A DNA stretch of 62,520 nucleotides from the IMG/VR virus record IMGVR_UViG_3300015050_000923, positions 1 to 62,520 of that record. The stretch is one strand, 5' to 3'. Below the pieces are notes generated by a model. The model saw nothing but the letters and a program-made list of their open reading frames with translations, was not told where the DNA came from and did not search any database. Origin of the DNA: a virus (Duplodnaviria > Caudoviricetes). The position numbers and the translations under genes were made by a program. How positions within the stretch are numbered: position 1 is the stretch's first letter; the number at the start of each line of letters is the position of its first letter. Below, in pieces: positions 27,998 through 38,700 of this stretch.

Positions 27998-28338
27998 ACC
28001 CCCTCCTGATCCTGGGCGTGGCGCTGGCCATCAGCATGGCGGGCAACGCCGGCCTGACCTATGCCTACCTGGGGCAGCGCGACGAGACCACAGCCGCCCA
28101 GGGCGAGCGCGACCAGGCCCGCAGCGCCGCAACCGCCTGCAGCGACGCCACCCAGGATCTCCGCGACCTGGCCGACCAGCGCGCCAAAGAAGCCACCAAA
28201 GCCCGCCAAGACGCCGCAGCCAAGGCCCGGAGCCGGGAAGAACTGGCCGACGCCATCCTGAACACGCCGGCGAGCGACGCCGACGACTGCAAAGCCGCAG
28301 CGCAACGCGCAACGGCATGGCTGAAAGGCCGGAAATGA
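27994..28338 (+). CDS. Inner-membrane spanin (Rz-like)
   Basis: N-terminal TM plus coiled coil after the endolysin. Confidence 0.75.
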   Translation: MNPLLILGVALAISMAGNAGLTYAYLGQRDETTAAQGERDQARSAATACSDATQDLRDLADQRAKEATKARQDAAAKARSREELADAILNTPASDADDCKAAAQRATAWLKGRK

Positions 28339-28616
28339 TCGCCCGCCGCATCGGCACCATCATCCTGCTGGCTGCCGCCATGGCCATGCTTATGGGTTGC
28401 AACGCGACCATGACCCAGATCAAGGTGCCGGTTCCCGTGGCCTGCCAGGAGAAGGAGCCTGACCGCCCCATCATGCCGACCGATCGCCTGCTGCCCGGCG
28501 CCGGCCTCGACGCCCTGGTGCAAGCCGCGACCGCCGAGATTGAACGCCGCGAGGGCTACGAAATCAAACTGGTGACTGCGCTGCGCGCGTGCATCGCCCC
28601 GATTAAACCCGAATAA
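28335..28616 (+). CDS. Outer-membrane spanin lipoprotein (Rz1-like)
   Basis: Lipobox LMGC, VPVPVAC. Confidence 0.8.
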   Translation: MIARRIGTIILLAAAMAMLMGCNATMTQIKVPVPVACQEKEPDRPIMPTDRLLPGAGLDALVQAATAEIERREGYEIKLVTALRACIAPIKPE

Positions 28617-28625
28617 GGAGCAGCC

Positions 28626-29360
28626 ATGCCCAGCATCATCGATAGCGTGACAACCCCGGTCTCGACCAACAATACCAACCCGGACAGCAGTATCGCCAAC
28701 ATCGAGACTGCAAAGCCAGCCGCTACCGGTGTGGCCACCTACAAGCCGACTGAGGTGCAGGACCCCTCCGAATGGACGGTTGAGCCCGACCAAACGGTTG
28801 CTGGGCAGCTGAACACCATCGTTGACCCGAACAACCCTCTGATGGTCAAAGCCAAAGCGCGCGCGCAGCAGCAAAGTGCGGACCGAGGGTTGATCAACAG
28901 CAGCATTGCGGCGACGGCTGGCGAGAGCGCCATGCTGGATGCGGCCATGCCGATCGCCCAGGCAGACGCCGCGACAAATTCAAAAGCTGCAGGCTACAAC
29001 GTCGACATCAACAACCAGACGAACGTCACCAACGCCAACGCGCAAAACTCGGCTGACCAGTTCAACACCGGTCAGATCAACCAGCAGGCCCTGCAGAAAA
29101 TGCAGGAGGACAGCAACATGGCTGTGCAGCAGCTGGCCAAGGACAACGAGAGGCTGTTGGCGGTGAACAGCAAGGCGGGCGAGATGATGTCGAACGCGAC
29201 CAGCGCCATCAACAACATCATGAACAACAACCAGATGGACGCCAGCACCAAGACGGAGAACATGCGGCAGATCACCAACAACCTGAAAGCTCAGTTGTCG
29301 ATCCTGAGCAGGGTTCAAAGCCTTGATCTGGGCTCACTGCTGATCAACCCCTACGGCTGA
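28626..29360 (+). CDS. Putative internal virion/ejection protein
   Basis: RGLINSSIA motif; Asn/Gln-rich helical. Confidence 0.65.
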   Translation: MPSIIDSVTTPVSTNNTNPDSSIANIETAKPAATGVATYKPTEVQDPSEWTVEPDQTVAGQLNTIVDPNNPLMVKAKARAQQQSADRGLINSSIAATAGESAMLDAAMPIAQADAATNSKAAGYNVDINNQTNVTNANAQNSADQFNTGQINQQALQKMQEDSNMAVQQLAKDNERLLAVNSKAGEMMSNATSAINNIMNNNQMDASTKTENMRQITNNLKAQLSILSRVQSLDLGSLLINPYG

Positions 29361-29821
29361 TGAAAACAGCTTCCATCAACCGCGAGCACATCTGCGACTT
29401 TGTCGGGCAGATCGATCCGCTGCTGCGCCTGCACTACGCGGAAATCATCGGGCGCGATGCATCTGAAGTTGAGCCTGACTGGGACCAGTACTTGGCGCTG
29501 GAGCAGGCAAAGACATTCGTGGCCCACGTGGCTCGCGGCGCGCATGACCAGATCGTTGCATACGCCGGATTCTTCATCGTCCCGGACTTCCACCGCCGGG
29601 GGCGCCGGATCGCGCAAAACGATGTCTTTTTCGTGCACCCCAAAAACCGGGATGGCGCGTTGGGTCCGCGCCTGATCGGCTGGTGCGAGAAAGACATGCA
29701 GCAACGTGGCGCCGACGAAATCATCTGGTCCGCCCGCGCGGGAACTGTGCTGGAAAAAATGCTCCCCGTGATCGGCTACGAAAACAAAGAGCGCCCCTGG
29801 TCAAAAACATTGAAGGAGTAA
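29360..29821 (+). CDS. GNAT-family acetyltransferase
   Basis: NDVFFVHPKNRDGALGPRLI acetyl-CoA-binding motif, GY near the C-terminus. Confidence 0.85.
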   Translation: MKTASINREHICDFVGQIDPLLRLHYAEIIGRDASEVEPDWDQYLALEQAKTFVAHVARGAHDQIVAYAGFFIVPDFHRRGRRIAQNDVFFVHPKNRDGALGPRLIGWCEKDMQQRGADEIIWSARAGTVLEKMLPVIGYENKERPWSKTLKE

Positions 29822-29824
29822 GTC

Positions 29825-30688
29825 ATGGCAATCGCACCAATCATCGCTCTAGCGACCGCATCCGCGGCGACCGTCACAGCCGGCATGGTGCTGGCGGCTG
29901 TCGCCAGTGCAGGATCGATTCTGACCGTTGTCGGCGTCGTCACCGGAAACGAGAAAATGGCAAAACTTGGCGGGGTCATGTCGATTGTCGGCGGTGTCGG
30001 CGGCTTCATCAACAGCGCAGTCACCGGGGCGAGCGCTGCTGGAGCGGCGGCCGGCGGCGCTGCTGACATTGGAGCTCAGGCAACCGAATTTGCTGGTGCA
30101 GCCAGCGACACCGCTGGAGCCTTGGCTGAAAGCGCAGGCGCGCTGGAAAGCGGAGTTGCAGCCGGTGCGGATATGGCCTCCACTGCATTGCCAGCAGCAA
30201 CATCATCAACCGCCAGCCTGGGCACAGCTCTGGCAGATAGTGCCGGCGCACTGGAAAGCGGAATCACAGGGGCTGGCGCCGGCGCAGCATCTGCGGCACC
30301 TTCAGTAGGTGATGCGCTGTCAGCTGGAGCGCAGGGCGCCAGCGACATGGGGTTTACCGGTGGCGCAGCGACAGCTGCAGGAGAGGCAGCCGCCGGCAGC
30401 GGTGCCGCTGGTGCCACCGGGCTGAAAGGCGCGGGCGAATATTTCAAGACTGCATCGGGATGGGTACAGAAGAACGGCTCGCTGGTGGGCCTTGGCGCCC
30501 AGTTGATCGGCGGCGCAGCACAAGGCGCCTATGCGGCCAACACCGCCGACAAGGACCGTGTCCAGAGGCAGCAGCAAATCGACAACGACAGGTTGTTGAG
30601 ACAGCAGCAGATCGACTTGATTAACCACGGCAACACCGCGGCGCGCTACACCGGCACTGGCGTCATCAACAAAGTAGCAGGAGCTTGA
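29825..30688 (+). CDS. Putative ejection/pilot protein
   Basis: Gly/Ala-rich with hydrophobic N-terminus. Confidence 0.6.
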   Translation: MAIAPIIALATASAATVTAGMVLAAVASAGSILTVVGVVTGNEKMAKLGGVMSIVGGVGGFINSAVTGASAAGAAAGGAADIGAQATEFAGAASDTAGALAESAGALESGVAAGADMASTALPAATSSTASLGTALADSAGALESGITGAGAGAASAAPSVGDALSAGAQGASDMGFTGGAATAAGEAAAGSGAAGATGLKGAGEYFKTASGWVQKNGSLVGLGAQLIGGAAQGAYAANTADKDRVQRQQQIDNDRLLRQQQIDLINHGNTAARYTGTGVINKVAGA

Positions 30689-31248
30689 TCATGGACCAGA
30701 ACACCAACAACCCCATCCTGAAACAGACCGAGGAAGCCATCATTGCGAAGGTCCCCCAGGAGCTGCGGAACACGATGAACCGGATCGTGCTGGCCGGCAA
30801 AAAGGTCATGTATTCCGAACAGACCGCCGACCTGATGTCCGAGCAACTCAAGCAGCCCGGGGATCCCGCCACGGTGGCCGGCCAGGGCGTCGCCAAGCTG
30901 TTCGTGCTGCTGCTCCAGCAGAGCATTCCACAGGGCAAAGGGGGCGTGCCCACCTTGAACATGGAAGCCGCGATGCCGGCCATGCAGGTTCTGCTGTGCG
31001 ACGCCCTGGGCTTCATGGAGGAAGCCGGAATGATGGAAGTCACTCCGGACCTCCTGGCAACGGCCACGCAGGAAATGATCGCGGCCATTCTCCAGTTCCT
31101 GGGCGTGACGCCTGAAAAACTGAGCGAGCTGGCGGCCCAGCGCCAGGCGGGCGGCCAGCCACAAGCCACAGGACAGCCAGAGGGCGCCGCGCAGCCTGCA
31201 GCGCCTGCTCAGGGCGGCGGTCTGCTCGACCAGGCAATGGGAGGCTGA
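30685..31248 (+). CDS. Hypothetical virion-module protein
   Basis: RIVLAGKKVMY motif; operon continuity. Confidence 0.7.
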   Translation: MIMDQNTNNPILKQTEEAIIAKVPQELRNTMNRIVLAGKKVMYSEQTADLMSEQLKQPGDPATVAGQGVAKLFVLLLQQSIPQGKGGVPTLNMEAAMPAMQVLLCDALGFMEEAGMMEVTPDLLATATQEMIAAILQFLGVTPEKLSELAAQRQAGGQPQATGQPEGAAQPAAPAQGGGLLDQAMGG

Positions 31249-31249
31249 C

Positions 31250-32746
31250 ATGGCAAATCTACTGGGTGCACTGGGAGGGGCTGGAGCCGGTCTTGCGCAG
31301 TGGGGAGCTGGCGTCCAGCGAAGCACCGCCGACCGCGAGAACGCCGCAGAGCTCGCCAAGCTGAACGACGAGCTGGCCGGCAGCCGCATGCGGTCTATGG
31401 AGAAATTCAAGGCCGAGCTGGCCGAGAGCGGCCGGACGCGCATGAACACGGCGGTGGACACGCAAGCCCGCGGGCTCATCGACAGCAAAATGCAGGGCAA
31501 CCCGGTCGCCGACACCAGCACGTGGACACCAGAACAGGAAGCGGCACGCAACCAGGGTATGACCCGGATGGCCAACGACCCGCGGACCCGGGCCACAGCC
31601 GCAGCAAAGGCGGGCTACATCGACGAAGCCGCCAAACTCGACAAGATCGCCGAGAGCGGCGCCAACAACGTTCCGTTCGGCGCTGCCCGCATCGACGGCG
31701 ACGGCAATGTCATTTACGACAATGGCACCGAGTACAAACGCTCGCTCGAGCAGCAGCGCGCCAACGCCGCCACGACCCGGGCAAATGCTGCAGCCGAACG
31801 TGCCGGCGGCGCTGGTGGGCGTAAAGGCGACAACTTCGACGAGAAGCAGTGGGACGCCGCGGCAAAACCGGACGTCGCCATCGTGAGCCTACCCGGCCAG
31901 ATGGGCGACAAGGACGTGCGCAGCCCGGCCCTGACCAGCGCCTACCAGACCTTCTACAGCGGGTTTCGCATGAAAGGGGACGCATCCCCCAACGAAGCGC
32001 AGGAGATGGCCGGCGCGCGCGTGATGGCGCTGCGCGATGCCGCAGCCACGCGTGTGGAGAACGCCCGCAAGGCCGACAAGAAAAGCACCCTGACTCAAGA
32101 GCAGGCGGCCAGCCAGATCCTGACCGAATTCCGGGCAGCCGAAAAACGGGCGAACGCTTCCCGGAATGAATCCGGGATTTCTCCCGGAAAAAGCGGGGGT
32201 GATTCCGGGGGCGGGTACGGGCAAGAGTCCAACCTGAAAACCCTGGCGAGCGGCGATATGGGAGCCGACCCGAAAGTGGTGCGCAGCGAGCTCGCCGCCC
32301 TCCGGCAGGACTTGCTGAAAGTCCCGGACGAGGCCTCAAAAGCCATGATTCGCGAGCAGATTGCCAACCTGGAAGGGGTTGCCAAAAAGATCGGGATAGA
32401 CCCGCAGCCAGCACCTGCCGCGGCGCCGCGCGCCGCCACCAGCACGGCCAGCCCGAAACCCGACGCACAGCCTGCCCTGGACTGGGAAAAGCTGCGGGAC
32501 CAGGCGAAGGGGCTGGATAGCAAGATCGCCGAAGCGCGCCGCGACTACAACCTGGCCACCTCGGTGCGCGGCGGCAAGGGCGTGACGCCGGAAACCAAGG
32601 CGAAGATCAAGGCCACCCTCGACGGGCTTATCAGCCAGCAGCGCCAGCTGTACAACGATTCCGAAACCGCCTACCGTCAGGCCGACAAAGATATTGTCAG
32701 CGGGCGATCGTCGCCGAGTGCCAGCCTGAATTCCAAGTACCAATAA
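31250..32746 (+). CDS. Putative ejection protein
   Basis: MANLLGALGGAG N-terminus, helical, precedes giant protein. Confidence 0.65.
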   Translation: MANLLGALGGAGAGLAQWGAGVQRSTADRENAAELAKLNDELAGSRMRSMEKFKAELAESGRTRMNTAVDTQARGLIDSKMQGNPVADTSTWTPEQEAARNQGMTRMANDPRTRATAAAKAGYIDEAAKLDKIAESGANNVPFGAARIDGDGNVIYDNGTEYKRSLEQQRANAATTRANAAAERAGGAGGRKGDNFDEKQWDAAAKPDVAIVSLPGQMGDKDVRSPALTSAYQTFYSGFRMKGDASPNEAQEMAGARVMALRDAAATRVENARKADKKSTLTQEQAASQILTEFRAAEKRANASRNESGISPGKSGGDSGGGYGQESNLKTLASGDMGADPKVVRSELAALRQDLLKVPDEASKAMIREQIANLEGVAKKIGIDPQPAPAAAPRAATSTASPKPDAQPALDWEKLRDQAKGLDSKIAEARRDYNLATSVRGGKGVTPETKAKIKATLDGLISQQRQLYNDSETAYRQADKDIVSGRSSPSASLNSKYQ

Positions 32747-32758
32747 CCGGAAAGCCTG

Positions 32759-35700
32759 ATGGACTTCCTCGACTACCTTGTTCAAAACGGCGACCTCCCC
32801 AAAAACCTCTCAGGGCTGCCAGACCCCGGGTCGGCGCCGGCCCCCGCGGCGGCGCGCGCGCCAAGGCCGGTTGCAACCAGCGAGCCAGCTGGCGGGCTGG
32901 ACTTCCTCGATTTCCTCGACCAGAACAAGGCCGCGGCGCCACCCGCGGCGCCGGCCGAACGCACGGGCTGGGAAGCCGTCAAGGATACCGGCGCCCAGCT
33001 CGCCGAGGGCGCCAACACCGTGCTGGGTGCCGTACCCAGCCTGATCGCGCCCGAAGGCAAGGTGGCGCAGTTCTTCAGCGACAACGCCGACTACTGGCGC
33101 AACATGCAGTCCGAGCCACTGAAAGCCCGTGCCCAGGCTGCTGGCGCCAAAATCGACGAGGCCGGCCAGAACGGCATCGTTGCCCAAATCGTCGAAGCCG
33201 CCAAGCAGTACACCAGCGATCCCGGGCTCGCCGCGCGCTTCGTGACCACCAACCTGCCGAGCATGATACCGGGCATCGGTGCCGCGAAGGTGGCCCAGGC
33301 CGCTGCACTGGCTCGAGGTGCAACCGCTGTCCGCGCCGGGACTGCGGCAACCGGCGCCGCGGCCGGCGCGAATGCGGTGCTCAACGCCGGCGGCGCCCGG
33401 GGCGAGGGTTTCGAGGACATCCGCGACACCCTGATCAAGCAAGGCGTCTCCCCGGAAGAAGCCACCGACCTGGCGCTGCGCGACTCGCGCGTCATTGCCG
33501 CCGTCGGCGGGCTGGCCGGCGCGCTGTCGGGTGCCACCGGTCTGGAAAAGAGCCTGATCAATGGCGCAGCCCGCGCCGCGCCGCGCAGCGCACTGGCCGC
33601 CGGCGCAAAGTCCGCCGGGGCCGAGCTGGCCGGCGAGCAGGTGGAAGAAGTGGCCCCCAAGCTGACGACCAACTATCAGGCCGGTCAGTACGACAACCGC
33701 CCACTTGGGCAGGACGTCGGCCGCACCATCGTGGAGACCGCCATCGGCTCCGGGCCCGGCGCTATTGCCGGCGGCATCATCGATTCTGTCGGCCAGGCCT
33801 CTGCCAATGCCATGCCGCAGCCGGATCCGGAAACCACGCCGCCGGCGTCGGACCCGATCACCGACCCCATCCGGGAAATCGCGGGCGCCAAGTCGGTCGA
33901 CGAGGTGATTGCCGCCGCTACCAGCGGGCTCGATCGGGCCATGGCCGAAGCCGGCACGCGACGCGCCGCGCGTCAAGCCGACATCGCAAGGCAGTCCGAG
34001 CAGGAAATGATGGCGACCACCCAGCAGCGGCGTGATGCCGAGCAGGCGGAACTCGACGACCTCATCGCCACGGAAGGCCAGAACCTGAAGCTGCGCCGCG
34101 GCTTTGCAATCGCCGACCAGCTGACCGCCCGCCAGCGCGCCGCCGAAGAACAGACCATCGTCGACGAGTCCCGCCAGGCCCTGGGCGCATTGCCAGAGCA
34201 GCAGGTGGCCGCCGCGGCCAGCGCCGACGAAACCGGCCAGATGACGGCCATGCAGTTGGCGATGCAGCGCGCCCGGCAGCGGCTCAGCCAGAAAACGGCG
34301 ACAAGATCCCCGGAATGGGAGGTCTTTGCACCCGAAACCGGAACCATCGGCATCCCCCGGGCGGAAATGCCGCAAATCAAGGCCGAGCACCGCGGCGCCA
34401 TGGTCAACTTCATGAACGCGCGCGGCGTGGCCCACCAGGAAGAAATGGCCGAGGCCAGCGACCTCAAACCCACCCAGGCCGAATACAGCCCGGCCAAAGT
34501 CCAGCAGGCCAAGGACTTCACCGGCGGCAACCGGGCGATTCTGGTCAGCCAAGACGGCCACGTTCTGGACGGCCACCACCAGCTGCTTGCCGCGCAGGAG
34601 CAGGGCATCCCGGTCCGCATCATCCGGCTCGACGCGCCCATCGATCGGCTGGTCAAACTGGCCCGCGACTTCCCAAGCAGCAGCATTGACGAATCCAGCC
34701 AAAATCAGCCTGCAGCCCCCGAACAGCGGGGGCTGGCAGCTATAGAAAGTGTAGCGCCGGACAATGTCCAAAACACACCAGTTCGACCATCTGGGCAAGC
34801 CGAAACCACCACCAAAACCGCGGCAGATCAAACGCCAGCGCCAGAGAGAAGCGGCGATGACGGAACGGCCGCAGCCGGAGCCGAGGCTGGAGCCGGTGGA
34901 CTGGAAGCCGCTGGGGTAGATCAGCCCCTGGTGACGGCGCCGCAAACCGACGCAGCGCGCGACGCGGCCGCGCAAGCGGCACAAGAAACTGCGCCCGCCG
35001 AGCGCGCGCCGCAGGGAAAGCAGGTCAGCTTCTACCCAGGCAAGTACGGCAAGGGCATGGGCAAAGAGGCAGCCAAGCTGGAGGCCCAGCGCCTGAACCG
35101 CGTCAACGCCGGCAAGGGCATCACCTACGCCGCCGAGGAACACAACGACCCCAAGCTGGAGAACCCGTATGCGGTGGTCGGCCGCAAGGCGGTTTCACAG
35201 AAAAAACAGGCTCCAGCCCCCGCTCCACAAGAGCCAGCAGCTACTGAAAAGATAGCAGATGCCGATCAGACGGCAGCAGAAACCAGCGAACTTGGCAACT
35301 TGAGCCGCGCCCAGCAGGCTGCCGGCGAGTTTTTTGCCGACGCCACGCCAGCAGTGCACCGCGCAGAAGCTGACCGCATCACCAAGGTGGCCAACGGCCT
35401 GACAAAACTGCCGGACATCAAGCGCCGGTACGAGGCATTGGCTGAATCGCACCGCTTGGCAGCTGACCGAAAGGAGCGCGCCGGTGACGAAGGGCCTGCC
35501 GCCGCCGACCCAGCCGACGAAATCAAGGCAACCCTGGACGCCAACAACGTCACCGGGAGGGAGCGCCTGGACGTCATCAAGGACGTGAAAGCTGGAGCGC
35601 TCACGGTCGGCGAAGTGAAGGACGCCTACCCCACCAAGATCGACGACATCGGCGAGAAAATCGGCGGCGCCCGCAAGGACACCGCGGTCAGCACCGGGGC

Positions 35701-38700
35701 CCGCAAGAAAGCCGCCAGCGAGGACGACGGCCGGCCAACATGGGCGAAGCGCTTCCAGATCGCCCAGGTGGCTGGCGGGTTCGATATGTCGGTCAACGGC
35801 CGCGACATCACCGGCAAGTGGACCATCAGCGACCTGCGCACCCGCGACCGTTATGACCAGCCCAAGCGCATGGGTGATTACTTCGACAGCCGAGAAGCAG
35901 CCGAAGCCGCGCTACCCCTGCTGGCGCTGGCGCAGAAGCACCGGCCCGTCCCGGTCAACGCGGCCGACGGGCAGAAATACGAAATCTGGCGCGACATCAA
36001 CGACCGCAAGCGCGTCAAGGTGGTCGACCGCCAGTTCGACACCCGTGTGGAGGCCATGCAGTACATGGCCCAGAACGCCACCGAGATCCTGGAAACCAAC
36101 ACCACGTTCGGCGAGGCCGACCTGCCCAAGCCGGAAAGCACTGCGCGCAAGGGTGTTGAGCGCCGCACCGGGGACGTGAAGGGCGAGGACTTCCGCGACA
36201 CCTTCGGGTTCCGCGGCGTGGAGTTCGGCCTGTGGAACAACCAGGACGAGCGGCAGGAGGTCATGAACGCCGCCTATGACGGCCTGCTGGACCTGGCTGA
36301 CGTGCTCAAGGTGCCGCCCAAGGCGATCGGCCTGGACGGCGACCTGGCGCTGGCCTTCGGCGCCCGCGGTAAGGGCTTGTCTGGTGCACGGGCGCACTAC
36401 GAAACCAACCGCGTGGTGATGAACCTGACCAAGATGAACGGCGCTGGCGCGCTGGCGCACGAGTGGTTTCACGCGCTGGACCACTACCTGGCGCGGCAGG
36501 ACGGGAAAACCGCAGCCGAGTGGAAAGTCAACAAGGACGGCACCCGTTCGCTCGAGGTCAACGGCGGCGAGGCCGACATGGCCAGCAGCGGCTTCCGCCG
36601 GACGAATTCAGGTGTGCGCGAGGAACTGCGCGCCGCCTACACATCACTGGTGCAGTCGCTTTTCACCAAAGCCGAGCAGTACGTCGAGGACACCGCGCGT
36701 GCCGACAAGTTCGTGGCCGTCGCCCGCGGCGAGCTCGAGAAAGACCTGAACGACCTGCGCAAGGATCTGTCCGAGCAGAAGGACGTGCGCTACTACAAGC
36801 GCAACAACAAGCCGGCCACCGCCGAGCAGCTGGCCGAGTTCGACACCATGGCCGCAGAGCTGATCGAGGGCCGCGGCCTGGGCACCGAGTGGAAGACCAT
36901 GCCCGGCAAGAACCGGCTTTATATCCAGACGCGCCACACCAATGACACGCTGGAAAAGCTGAACGAGCTCTACAAAGCCGTGCGCGGCCGCAGTGGATTC
37001 AATGCCGAGCGCCGCGGCGTGCTGGATTCGTTGACGGGCTACATGCGCCGGTACGACCAGCGCCTGCAGATGATGCGTGAAGCCAACACGCTGGTGCCGA
37101 AAACGAAGCGCGTCCCCACCAGCTTCGCCATGGACGCCAAGAGCCTGGACCAGGGCCGCGGCGGCGACTACTGGACCACCCCGCACGAAATGGTGGCGCG
37201 TGCCTTCCAGGGTTACGTGGAAGACGCAATAGCTGCCAAAGAAGGCCGCAGCCCGTTCCTGAACTACGCCCCGGAAAACGTCGGCATCCTGACGCCCTGG
37301 GGCGCCAAGCGCCCGTACCCTGCCGGCGAGGAGCGCAAGGCGATGAACGCGGAATTCGAGAAGTTCATCGACGTGCTGGAGACCAAGGAAACAGACAAGG
37401 GCGTGATGATGTTCAGCCGCGCGGCACCCGCCGGCCCAGTGCCTGCCATGGAGCCCATCCAGACCAAGAACGGCGCCACCGCCTTTAAGACCCCCGAAAT
37501 CGCCCTGGCCAACCCGCGCCTGAACGTGCGCCAGCCCGGCGGCGCCGTCACCCGCATCGACTTCGAGATCCGCGACCGCGCTGTCTATGCCCGCGCCATC
37601 AAGAACGGCGACACACCGGCGCAGGCCAAGGAAGAAGCCAGTGTCGGCATCATCACGCTCGACATGGACGCGGCCGGCGTGTTCAAGAGCCTGCGCAACA
37701 TCGAGGTGTTCGAGTCCCGGCGCGGTTCCGGCATCGCCGAAAAGGTGGTCGGCGGCATCATGGAAAGCCTGCCGGCCGGTGCCGCCCTGAACATCCACGA
37801 CATCCTGCCCACAGCCACCGGCTTCTGGGATAAGATGGGCGCGAAATTCCCGAGGTCGGAAGACACTGTTGTCACGGCGAACCTCACCCCCGAACAATTC
37901 AGGAGCGCCTATGATTCCCGAACACGTGCTGCAGGAGCGCAAGGACAACGCCAGGAGTCACGCGCGGCCGAATACGCCGGAGCAGGAAGCGGACGATCTG
38001 GAGCTGATGGAGCGCCTGCACCGCGAGCAGTCCGAAACCCCAGCACAGTAGCCAGCGTCCAGGCCGCTGTCGCCGAGCTCATCGGTGGCAAGTGGTTGCC
38101 CAACAAGCTGGGCCGGGTTGTTGCCACGACATCCGCTGAAATCAAGTCCTACTGGGAACCCCAGATCGGGCAGAACGTGCAGCTGGGCTCCGAAGGCGAG
38201 GCTGGCCAAGCACAGGCGTTCTTCGACCCCCGCACCAAAACCGTCTTTCTCATCGCCGACAACATTCCCGCCGGCGACGAGACCGCGGTGGCCGCCCACG
38301 AGCTCATGCACAAACACGGACAGGCAGTGCTGGGTCAGGACGGCTGGGACAAGCTGCACGGCATCATCAGCACTTGGGCCGATGCCCCCGAGGACAGCGA
38401 CGAGCGCGCTGTCTACAACTACGCCCGCAGCCGGGTGGAAGCCGTGGGCATGGAGCTGTCCAGCCAGGAGATGTTCCCCTATGCCGTCGAGGCCGCCATC
38501 AAGATGGGCATCAAGCCCTCCGTGGCCGCCAAGAAGGGCACCGTGGCGCGCTGGCTTGCCTCAGTGAAGTACGCCATGCAGCAGGCCTGGGGCAAGATCA
38601 CCGGCAAGCCTGAGACGTTCAAGACGCAGGACCTGGTGGACCTGGCGTTCGGCATTGCGCAGATGGAGAATCCGGAGAGTGCGGCGGCCATGGGCAGGAT

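Noticed and set aside
29825-30688. Repeated ALAESAGALESG / ALADSAGALESG segment as a DNA repeat element
   Set aside because: Short in-frame duplication within a Gly/Ala-rich protein; explained at protein level
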